A stretch of 36,519 bases of DNA from Candidatus Omnitrophota bacterium. Its GTDB lineage: Bacteria > Omnitrophota > Gorgyraeia > Zapsychrales > Zapsychraceae. How positions within the stretch are numbered: position 1 is the stretch's first letter; each line of letters begins with the position of its first letter. The position numbers and the translations under genes were made by a program. This document shows, piece by piece, positions 9,231 to 16,779 of this stretch. The notes under the pieces are model-generated. The model searched no databases, was not told the origin of the DNA, and was given only the letters and a program-made list of their open reading frames with translations. The DNA is taken from positions 1 to 36,519 of the forward strand of contig JADFXQ010000016.1 in NCBI GenBank assembly GCA_015233495.1, given 5' to 3'.

Positions 9231-10130
9231 TTATTTTGCTTTTTCCGTGGTCCATTGCGCTTCTTTTCTTAAAAATTCCATCACCTTAGCCGGCATATTT
9301 TCACCTTCGCTAATTTCTAATTTTTCCTCAGTAGCAATCTTATCCAAGATAAAGTAAACTTTGACTTCTTTTTCCACGGGTTCCTTCAACTCCACGCGCA
9401 ACGCTTCTTCGCGCTTTTTGATCTCGTCCTCTTTCGTGCCTTGTTTTTTTAAGCGCGCCTTAATCTCGTCGATCCGGCGTTCCATTTGCTTGGCGATCAA
9501 ACTTTTCGGGACCAGCAGTTTAGCTTTTTTAACCAATGCTTCAATGATCTGATTTTCGATGTCCAGACGGCTCTGGCGGTCTTTATCCATTTCCATATTA
9601 CGGACGAGTTGTTTTTTAAATTCTTCCAAGCTGGCGTATCCCAAGCCGCGGGCAAACGCGTCATCCACCGTCACCGGCTTGTCTTCTCCTTGCGCGGTTT
9701 TAAAATATTCCAAGGTTTTATTGATTTCGTCTTCCGTCACTTCCGTGGTTTTTTTCGTGATCGTAATCCCTTTATAATCCTTGATCGTGACTTCCGGCTT
9801 GACCTCGAACGTCGCTTTAAAAACCACTGCCCCGTCTTTAAAGTTAACGTCGTGTATTTCCGGCATATCCAACGGCGTCACTTGCTCCTGAGCCAATCCC
9901 TCTTGATAAACTTCCGGAATCAGTTTTTTCAAAACTTCTTCTTTGGCGACGTTGGCGTAATTCGCCTCAATCATTTTGCGCGGCACTTTTCCCGGGCGAA
10001 ACCCCGGCAGCTTCGCGACTTTCTCGAAATCGCGGTAAACTTGCTCTAACTTATCATCTACCCGCTCTTTGGCTATTTCAAACGACATTTCCCGCTTAGT
10101 CGGGTCGATTTTTTTCATTTCAATTTTCAC
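9231..10130 (-). CDS. tig: Trigger factor, short form without the FKBP PPIase domain
   Basis: Ribosome-binding signature [10 protein letters not shown]-domain-like [23 protein letters not shown] start with AAGGAGG; upstream of clpP; only 299 aa. Confidence 0.9.
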   Translation of the reverse strand: MKIEMKKIDPTKREMSFEIAKERVDDKLEQVYRDFEKVAKLPGFRPGKVPRKMIEANYANVAKEEVLKKLIPEVYQEGLAQEQVTPLDMPEIHDVNFKDGAVVFKATFEVKPEVTIKDYKGITITKKTTEVTEDEINKTLEYFKTAQGEDKPVTVDDAFARGLGYASLEEFKKQLVRNMEMDKDRQSRLDIENQIIEALVKKAKLLVPKSLIAKQMERRIDEIKARLKKQGTKEDEIKKREEALRVELKEPVEKEVKVYFILDKIATEEKLEISEGENMPAKVMEFLRKEAQWTTEKAK

Positions 10131-10186
10131 GATGTATTTCCTCCTTGATGTTGTTTATGTAATTCGGTGACATACAGGTCATCGAA

Positions 10187-10915
10187 CTACATCTTAAACT
10201 TCTCGCCTAAATAAATCTTCCGCGCCTCCGGATCGTTGATCAGATCCGCGGCAGTGCCGGAAATCAAGACCCGCCCGTCTGCCACCAAGTAGGCCCGGTC
10301 GGTAATGGATAAAGTTTCCCGAACATTATGATCCGTCAATAATATCCCTAGACCGCGGGCTTTCAAATCCCGGATAATCTCCTGTGCCTCGGCCACCACA
10401 ATCGGATCAATGCCGGAAAAAGGCTCATCCAGCAACAAAAACGACGGGTTGGTCACCAAAGCCCGGGTAATTTCCAAACGCCGGCGCTCGCCCCCGGATA
10501 AAGTATAAGCCTTGCTCTTGGCCAGATGGGCAATATTCAATTCTTCCAACAGCGAATTCAAACGTTTGCGCCGTTCCCGCGGGCTTATCCGCAAGGTTTC
10601 TAAAATCGCTAAAATATTTTCTTCCACCGTTAATTTCCGAAATATGGACGGCTCTTGCGCCAGGTACCCCATCCCCAAACGACAGCGCTCGTGAATCGGT
10701 TTTTGAGTGATATCTTCATTATCAAATAAAATCTGCCCTTCGTTCGGTTTGACAATTCCGACCGCCATATAAAACGTCGTGGTCTTCCCGGCCCCGTTGG
10801 GTCCCAAAAGCCCGACGATCTCCGAACGGCCGACGGTAATGCTCAACCCGTCAACCACCCGGCGGCTGCCGTAAACCTTAATTAGATTTTTTGTTTCCAA
10901 CAGATGCAATGCCAT
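10187..10915 (-). CDS. lptB: LPS export ABC transporter ATP-binding protein
   Basis: GPNGAGKTTTF, YLAQEPSIFRKL, LSGGERRRLEITRAL, LLLDEPFSGIDP, LTDHNVRETL. Confidence 0.96.
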   Translation of the reverse strand: MALHLLETKNLIKVYGSRRVVDGLSITVGRSEIVGLLGPNGAGKTTTFYMAVGIVKPNEGQILFDNEDITQKPIHERCRLGMGYLAQEPSIFRKLTVEENILAILETLRISPRERRKRLNSLLEELNIAHLAKSKAYTLSGGERRRLEITRALVTNPSFLLLDEPFSGIDPIVVAEAQEIIRDLKARGLGILLTDHNVRETLSITDRAYLVADGRVLISGTAADLINDPEARKIYLGEKFKM

Positions 10916-11726
10916 TATTCCCCTCAGTCATCAGAATCAGCTTGGGCCGGCCGGAAAGCGTCAATCTTTGGGCGATTCCGTCGTAAGTCGCTTTATCCGC
11001 ATAGGTCCTGTTTTCACCTTGCTCGATCACCACATTGCCGTAACAGATCATTTGCTTGACGCCTTTCATGTTTTGGTCAAAATAGACTTCCATAATGTCT
11101 GCCTTCAAGGTGCGGCCAACTTGGGTTGCCAAGACATTTTGCCGAAAAATCGCCACGGACTTGGCTTGATCGATTACCATCGGCCCATCCGAGGTGATCA
11201 CCAATTTCGTCGCGTCCGTCAGCGGGGCATTTTCCTGCCCGGTATTGACCATCACGGTAACGTCCTTCTCGATCTTGGCGTTCTTTAAAGAAGGATGCGC
11301 CTGCATACCTTTGCCCGTTGCTGTCATGCGCTTATCGGTAATCATCACATCAGCGTCCGTCGTGACAATATCCGCGGTCCGGTTCCAATCCAGAGAATCC
11401 GTGGTCAATTGCGTCCCCTGGTCGCTGGTGACCGTGACGTCTTTTTCCAAACGCATATTGCCATTCGCTTGATCCAGCGTTCCGGTCTGGGCCTTGACGT
11501 TCATTTTCTGATCGCCATAAGCGTTCGCATCAACATTCGACAACTTCACTTTGGAGCCGCGCACATCCGCGGTGTCGCCGTTAACATCCCAAGATTTTTC
11601 GCCGTCCTCTTTATACCCCTGTAGATTGAATCCCTGAAACTTCTGTTCCGGCTGAAGCGGCTGCTCCGCCGCAAAGGATGCAGCGCTGAAAAATAAAATT
11701 AAAAACCCGACGATAATTTTTTGCAT
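10878..11726 (-). CDS. LptC-LptA (OstA-like beta-jellyroll) fusion protein
   Basis: N-half LptC-like (LEKDVTVTSDQGTQLTTDSLDW...TTDADVMI...ATGKGM); C-half LptA-like (AIFRQNVLATQ...LKADIMEVYF...GNVVIEQ...YADKATYD...LTLSGRP); sole gene between kdsC and lptB. Start ATG 11726 after AAAGGTG. Confidence 0.8.
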   Translation of the reverse strand: MQKIIVGFLILFFSAASFAAEQPLQPEQKFQGFNLQGYKEDGEKSWDVNGDTADVRGSKVKLSNVDANAYGDQKMNVKAQTGTLDQANGNMRLEKDVTVTSDQGTQLTTDSLDWNRTADIVTTDADVMITDKRMTATGKGMQAHPSLKNAKIEKDVTVMVNTGQENAPLTDATKLVITSDGPMVIDQAKSVAIFRQNVLATQVGRTLKADIMEVYFDQNMKGVKQMICYGNVVIEQGENRTYADKATYDGIAQRLTLSGRPKLILMTEGNNGIASVGNKKSN

Positions 11727-11763
11727 AATCACCTTTGGGAAACATCCTCTTCTATCGAACAAC

Positions 11764-12282
11764 TTATGCCGTCAATAACGCATCCCAACGACCCTGCGTT
11801 TTTAAAATCAACTCCACCACTTCCCGCACCGCTCCCCGGCCGCCGTGCGCCTTCGTCACATAATCCGCGGCCAACCGGACTTCCTGTACCGCGTTGGATA
11901 CGGCCACGGCAAATCCGGCTTGCCGCAAAACCGGCAGATCCGGCAAATCATCACCGACATAACATACCTGCTCATCAGAAACTTGCAATGTTTTTTTTAA
12001 AGCTTCATAAGCCGCGATTTTGGGATAAGCATCCTGATAAATCTTATCAATCAATAAGTCCTTGGCCCGGGCCTTAACCGCCGCCGACGCGCGGGCCGAG
12101 ATTATCGCGGTTTTATATCCCGCCCGCCGCAATAAAACCATGCCAAATCCGTCGTGGACATCAAAACTTTTAATCTCCTGCCCCAATTCGTTCAAATTGA
12201 TCCGGCCGTCAGTCAAAACTCCGTCGACATCCATCACGAACAGGTTGATGCTTTTAATTTTATCTTTAAGCTTTTTTGTCAC
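11764..12282 (-). CDS. kdsC: Kdo-8-phosphate phosphatase
   Basis: HAD motif MDVDGVLTDG, FDVHDGFG, VGDDLPD, GGRGAVREVVELIL. Confidence 0.95.
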   Translation of the reverse strand: MTKKLKDKIKSINLFVMDVDGVLTDGRINLNELGQEIKSFDVHDGFGMVLLRRAGYKTAIISARASAAVKARAKDLLIDKIYQDAYPKIAAYEALKKTLQVSDEQVCYVGDDLPDLPVLRQAGFAVAVSNAVQEVRLAADYVTKAHGGRGAVREVVELILKTQGRWDALLTA

Positions 12283-13247
12283 AACAACCCGGCTTTCAAT
12301 AAATCCTGAATATCCAATAATCCCGCCAAATTCCCTTTGCCGTCTAAAACCGGGAGTTCGTCAATTTTCCGGTCCTGTAAAATTTTCAAGGCTTCGGCCG
12401 CCAGTTTGTCTTTCTGGACCGTGATCGGATTCACGGTCATTACGTCTTTAACTTGGCAACGCAAAATATTCGCGTGCGTTTCCATGTGCCGCCGCAAATC
12501 ACCATCCGTAAAAATTCCGACGAATTTCTCGCGCGCGTCCACGACACAGGCCGACCCGCAGCGGGCCCGGGTGATCGCGAACAAAACGTCCTTCACGTGA
12601 CTGTTGTCGCGGACGCGGGCGTATTGCCGGCCGGTGCGCATGATATCCCCCACAGTCAACAAAAGCCTGCGCCCCAAAGCCCCGCCGGGATGATAAAAAG
12701 CGAAATCTTCCCTCCGAAATTTTTTGCGGACAATCAAACTCGCGGCCAAAGCGTCCCCAAAAACCAAGGCCGCGGTAGTCGAAGCCATGGGGGCCAGTCC
12801 CAGCGGACAGCCTTCTTCCTCTACCGATATATCCAAGATCACATCACTGAACCGCGCCAAACTCGACTGTTTCTCCCCGGTCATGGCAATAACCGGCGCG
12901 CCAATTTTTTTAATCAAAGGGATCAAACGCTTGGTTTCATCCGTCTCGCCGCTGTAAGAAATAAGGATAAGCACATCGTCTTTCGTTACCTGGCCCAGAT
13001 CACCATGCGCCGCTTCCGCCGGATGCATATAGAGACTCGGGGTGCCGGTGGAAGAAAATGTCGCGGAAATTTTTCGGCCGATGATCCCCGTCTTGCCCAT
13101 ACCGGAAACAATCACCCGGCCGCGGCAGCTTACGATCAACTCAATCGCTTTTAAAAAATCGGCATTGATCCGCTTCTGCAGCCGCTTGACCGCAGCCGCT
13201 TCAATGGCAATGAGTTGTTTGGCTTTTTTTATTGAGGTTGCGATCAT
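12279..13247 (-). CDS. kdsD: Arabinose-5-phosphate isomerase (SIS plus CBS domains)
   Basis: GMGKTGIIGRKISAT, HPAEAAHGDLG, SYSGET, HPGGALG, GIFTDGDLRR. Confidence 0.95.
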   Translation of the reverse strand: MIATSIKKAKQLIAIEAAAVKRLQKRINADFLKAIELIVSCRGRVIVSGMGKTGIIGRKISATFSSTGTPSLYMHPAEAAHGDLGQVTKDDVLILISYSGETDETKRLIPLIKKIGAPVIAMTGEKQSSLARFSDVILDISVEEEGCPLGLAPMASTTAALVFGDALAASLIVRKKFRREDFAFYHPGGALGRRLLLTVGDIMRTGRQYARVRDNSHVKDVLFAITRARCGSACVVDAREKFVGIFTDGDLRRHMETHANILRCQVKDVMTVNPITVQKDKLAAEALKILQDRKIDELPVLDGKGNLAGLLDIQDLLKAGLL

Positions 13248-13250
13248 ATT

Positions 13251-13273
13251 GGGTCCAGGCTCGAGACTTAAGG
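13251..13273. repeat. CTCGAG-core 7-bp tandem repeat at the kdsA stop / kdsD start
   Basis: gtccagg-ctcgaga-cttaagg; 13251-13268 matches 28749-28766 at 17/18. Confidence 0.7.
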
Positions 13274-14104
13274 GTTAATTTTTTTGATAATTTTGTCAAG
13301 TTGTTTAAGCGCGCTTAATAGTTGCTCCAGATCTTTTAAGGCCAGTGTGTTCGGGCCGTCACTCAATGCTTTTTTCGGATCCGGGTGAATCTCGACGAAA
13401 ATCGCGTCGCAGCCTGCCGCGACCGCGCAGCGGGCCAGCAAAGGCACAAACTCGCTGCGGCCTCCCGAGGCGTGCCCCAACCCTCCGGGCTGCTGCACGC
13501 TGTGCGTCGCGTCAAACACCACCGGACAGCCGGTCATTTCCCGCATGATCGCCAAAGCGCGAAAATCGCTGACCAAATTGTGATAGCCAAAACTAACCCC
13601 GCGTTCGGTAAGCAAAATTTTCTTATTGCCGGCAGACTCGATTTTTTGGGTAAGCGGCAGCATATCTTCCGGCGCGAGAAACTGGCCTTTTTTCACGTTC
13701 ACGACTTTTTGGGTTTTTCCCGCGGCTGACAGAATATCGGTTTGCCGGCATAAAAAAGCGGGAATTTGAATGATGTCCAAGACTGCCGCGGCTTGCGTCA
13801 TATCCGCGGCGGAATGCACATCACTTAAAACCGGAACTTGCAATTTACTTTTCACTTGCGCTAAAACGTCCAAACCCTCGTCAAGCCCCGGGCCGCGAAA
13901 AGACTGAATCGACGTGCGGTTTGCCTTATCATAACTCGCCTTAAAAATAAACGGCACCCCAACCTTAAGGCAAATTTTTTGCGCAGCCGCAGCGATTTCC
14001 AGCGTCAATTCCCGGCTCTCAATCACGCAGGGTCCGGCAATCAGCACAAACGGTTTCCCGCCGCCGATCTTTATATCCTGAATTTGGATTGTCCGTGACT
14101 GCAT
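13268..14104 (-). CDS. kdsA: Kdo-8-phosphate synthase
   Basis: IAGPCVIES, KASYDKANRTS, QIPAFLCRQTD, KKGQFLAP, FDATHSVQQPG. Confidence 0.97.
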   Translation of the reverse strand: MQSRTIQIQDIKIGGGKPFVLIAGPCVIESRELTLEIAAAAQKICLKVGVPFIFKASYDKANRTSIQSFRGPGLDEGLDVLAQVKSKLQVPVLSDVHSAADMTQAAAVLDIIQIPAFLCRQTDILSAAGKTQKVVNVKKGQFLAPEDMLPLTQKIESAGNKKILLTERGVSFGYHNLVSDFRALAIMREMTGCPVVFDATHSVQQPGGLGHASGGRSEFVPLLARCAVAAGCDAIFVEIHPDPKKALSDGPNTLALKDLEQLLSALKQLDKIIKKINP

Positions 14105-14161
14105 AATTTTTCCGGGAAAGGTTCGAGAGCTGTTGGAGTCCGCCCACCCGGCTATCCGGGT

Positions 14162-14893
14162 TTAGCGCGTATTGATAATATGTCTAATTTTTTCTAAATC
14201 TTCTGCCGTATCCACCCCCATCGACTCCATATCCGTGATAACCGTCTTGATTTTATATCCCGCTTCGATGGCCCGCAATTGTTCCAGCTTCTCAGTTTTT
14301 TCGAGCAAAGACTCCGGCAGATTTTTATATCCTAACAAAAAATTCTTTTGATATGCGTAAATTCCCAAATGTTTGTACGCCGTGACCGGCCCGCCATCCC
14401 GATTAAACGGAATCGGCGACCGGGAAAAATAAACCGCTTCCTGCCGCTGATTTACGACAACCTTGACAACATTCGGGTTTGAATAATCTTTTTCATCCAT
14501 GATCCGCTTGATCACCGTCGCCATGTCCACGCCCGGGTGTAGGGAAAAAAGCCCGGCCAAGGCATCAATTACCCGGGGATCAATCAATGGTTCATCGCCC
14601 TGAATGTTGATAATGCCGTCCGCGTCCCTGCCTTGCACTGCCTCAGCAATCCGGTCGGTTCCGGACGGGTGATTCGGATCAGTCATTACCGCCTGCCCGC
14701 CGAACGCCTTAACCGCTTGTTCAATCCTTGAATCATCACACGCGACTAAAACCTCGTTCAACCGCCGGCTTTTTTTCGCCTGTTCCCAAACCCGCTGAAT
14801 CATCGGCTTACCCGCGATATCCGCCAAAGGCTTACCCGGCAAACGGGTCGACGCCCAACGCGCCGGAATAACGCCAATAATTTTAATCATCAA
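14162..14893 (-). CDS. kdsB: CMP-Kdo synthetase
   Basis: IPARWASTRLPGKPL, SGTDRIAE, NIQGDEP, YFSRSPIP, EKLEQLR. Confidence 0.96.
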   Translation of the reverse strand: MMIKIIGVIPARWASTRLPGKPLADIAGKPMIQRVWEQAKKSRRLNEVLVACDDSRIEQAVKAFGGQAVMTDPNHPSGTDRIAEAVQGRDADGIINIQGDEPLIDPRVIDALAGLFSLHPGVDMATVIKRIMDEKDYSNPNVVKVVVNQRQEAVYFSRSPIPFNRDGGPVTAYKHLGIYAYQKNFLLGYKNLPESLLEKTEKLEQLRAIEAGYKIKTVITDMESMGVDTAEDLEKIRHIINTR

Positions 14894-15912
14894 CTTATCC
14901 TTTTCAAAGCGTCTGTCAATTCCGCCCGTGTCACCGCCACCGCGCCCATCCGGCCGACCACGATACCGGCGGCAAGATTGGCTAATTCCGCGGCTTGCCG
15001 CTTATTTGCGCCGGCGGCTAAGGCTAACGTAAACGTTGAAATCACCGCGTCGCCCGCGCCAGTCACGTCAAAAACTTCCTGGGCTTTGGTATCAATTGCG
15101 TACGGTTTTCTCCCTTTTTCAAATAGTTTCATGCCCTGTTCGCCCAGGGTGATCAAAAGCGAATCCAGCTTCAAATAATCCAATAATTTTTCACCTGTCC
15201 GATCAACATCTTCCGGAGTCTTGAGCTTATCTGACAGCAGACCCAGCTTACTGCCGTTCGGGTCTTGAATTTTAATATTCCGGATGGCGTTTTCAGTTTC
15301 CTTACGATTGGGGGTAATGCAAGTCGCGCCTTTGTAAGAAGAAAAATGCTCCACTTTCGGGTCCACTGTAACCGGGATCCGAAAACTCAAAGCTGTGGTC
15401 AAAATCATCCGTACCAATTCCGGGATAATCAATCCCTTGCCATAATCGGATATAATCACCGCGTCAATTTCCGCGATTTTTTTCCGTGTCAATCCTGTGA
15501 TCCTTTCCATAATCACTGCCGAAACCGGCGCGCCCACCTTCTCCCGGTCTATCCGCACCACTTGTTGATGCTGCGCAATCACCCGGGTTTTTGTGATGGT
15601 CGGGACATTCGGGTCAGTTAGCAAGCCGCTGACGTCGATCTGACGGCGTTTGAGCTCCAATTTTAGCCGTTTGCCTTCAAAATCATTGCCGATCTTGCCA
15701 ATCTGCACCACTTTAGCGCCCAAAGCCGCCAAATTGCACGCCACATTAGCCGCGCCGCCCGGCAAATAGAACGACTTCTCTTCCAGAACAATCGGCACCG
15801 GCGCTTCCGGAGATATGCGCGAGACATGGCCCTGAATATAGCGATCTAAAATCACGTCACCGACGACCAGAACGGTTTTCTTCGCAAATTTGGCAATGAT
15901 TTTATGATCCAT
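14890..15912 (-). CDS. rfaE1: D-glycero-beta-D-manno-heptose-7-phosphate kinase (stand-alone RfaE/HldE domain I)
   Basis: VVGDVILD, RISPEAPVP, GGAANVA, ISDYGKG, VFDVTGAGD; no adenylyltransferase domain. Confidence 0.92.
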   Translation of the reverse strand: MDHKIIAKFAKKTVLVVGDVILDRYIQGHVSRISPEAPVPIVLEEKSFYLPGGAANVACNLAALGAKVVQIGKIGNDFEGKRLKLELKRRQIDVSGLLTDPNVPTITKTRVIAQHQQVVRIDREKVGAPVSAVIMERITGLTRKKIAEIDAVIISDYGKGLIIPELVRMILTTALSFRIPVTVDPKVEHFSSYKGATCITPNRKETENAIRNIKIQDPNGSKLGLLSDKLKTPEDVDRTGEKLLDYLKLDSLLITLGEQGMKLFEKGRKPYAIDTKAQEVFDVTGAGDAVISTFTLALAAGANKRQAAELANLAAGIVVGRMGAVAVTRAELTDALKRIS

Positions 15913-15928
15913 ATTCCCATCTTGTCAC

Positions 15929-15948
15929 GGACGATTCATAAACCGCCC
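15929..15948. repeat. Degenerate REP-like palindrome in the rfaE1 leader
   Basis: Minus strand GGGCGGTT-TATG-AATCGTCC, 8-bp stem with two G-U pairs. Confidence 0.5.
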
Positions 15949-15965
15949 AATTTAAATGAAGGCTC

Positions 15966-15995
15966 ATCTTAACATAATTGTTTTTGAAATGCCAA
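15966..15995 (-). promoter_or_regulatory. Possible promoter for rfaE1-kds-lpt
   Basis: TTGGCA, 18 bp, extended -10 TGtTAAGAT. Confidence 0.45.
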
Positions 15996-16067
15996 AGTTT
16001 TCTCCGGGGGCTGTTGTCCAAAGGCGTGGACTGTCTGACAGGTGCAATAATTATACACACGTCGATT

Positions 16068-16364
16068 TTAATTCACAGCGTAGGCGTGGACCTCTTGAGC
16101 AATTTTTGATCCGGATGCGTCCATCCAAACATCCAAATCATAATCCGCTTGCAGGTTCATCCAAAATTGAGGCGAGGTATTCAAATATTTAGCGAGACGC
16201 AAGGCCGTATCCGCGGTAATCCGGCGTTTGCCCAAAACAATTTCATTGATCCGCCGCGGCGGAACCATGAGCGACCGCGCCATCTGATTCTGACTGATCC
16301 CCATAGGATCAAGGAATTCCTCGTTCAACACTTCTCCGGGATGAATGGGACGTAATTTTTTCAT
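16068..16364 (-). CDS. higA: HigA-family antitoxin (HTH)
   Basis: PIHPGEVLNEEFL, VPPRRINEIV, RRITADTALRLAKY, PQFWMNLQADYDL; start ATG 16364 with AGGAG upstream. Confidence 0.95.
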   Translation of the reverse strand: MKKLRPIHPGEVLNEEFLDPMGISQNQMARSLMVPPRRINEIVLGKRRITADTALRLAKYLNTSPQFWMNLQADYDLDVWMDASGSKIAQEVHAYAVN

Positions 16365-16380
16365 GATTTTTGACTCCTGT

Positions 16381-16662
16381 CTAATGATAATCAACAATCT
16401 CAACGTCATAAGCGTCATTGTCTTGCCAAACAAAACAAATTCGCCATTGATCGTTAATACGAATACTATATTGACCTTGCCGCGCCCCTTTCAATTTTTC
16501 CAGCCGATTATTGGGCGGCGACAGTAAATCATTCAAATCCATGGAGCGATTCAGCATACGTAGTTTACGCAAAGCGATTTGCTGAATACTCTCAGGTAAT
16601 TGCCGCGAAAAAACCCGGCTAAAAATCCTAGCGGTTTCTTTACACTTGAATGTTTTGATCAC
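16381..16662 (-). CDS. higB: HigB (RelE/ParE superfamily) toxin
   Basis: MIKTFKCKET, PPNNRLEKLKG, QYSIRINDQWRICF, VEIVDYH; toxin precedes antitoxin; GTG start. Confidence 0.95.
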   Translation of the reverse strand: MIKTFKCKETARIFSRVFSRQLPESIQQIALRKLRMLNRSMDLNDLLSPPNNRLEKLKGARQGQYSIRINDQWRICFVWQDNDAYDVEIVDYH

Positions 16663-16667
16663 AATTT

Positions 16668-16696
16668 AATATATAACGTATGACGTTATGTGTCAA
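16668..16696 (-). promoter_or_regulatory. higBA promoter with palindromic operator in the spacer
   Basis: TTGACA (16696-16691), 17 bp, TATATT (16673-16668); perfect inverted repeat ATAACGT-ATG-ACGTTAT at 16673-16689. Confidence 0.85.
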
Positions 16697-16779
16697 GAAA
16701 AAACACCCCCTTGACAATCTGGTGAAAAATAAGGATGGAAAGGCTGTTTCAGGAAAGCGTGTTCTTGAGTAGGTAAGAC

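Noticed and set aside
14112..14165. gcccacccgg...ccgggttta resembles part of 6S RNA
   Set aside because: The gap is only 57 bp; a 6S RNA of about 180 nt would overlap kdsA and kdsB, and no long closing stem is visible.
15965..15992. TTATGTTAAGA (minus) resembles a XerD arm, suggesting a dif-flanked higBA module
   Set aside because: No XerC arm at 6-bp spacing and no convincing partner site; better explained as an extended -10.
16022..16091. 10-bp direct repeat aggcgtggac at 16022 and 16082
   Set aside because: One copy is inside higA and the pair does not flank the module, so it is not a target-site duplication.
16711..16740. Plus-strand TTGACA mirroring the higBA -35
   Set aside because: No acceptable -10 at 16-18 bp and no downstream plus-strand gene.
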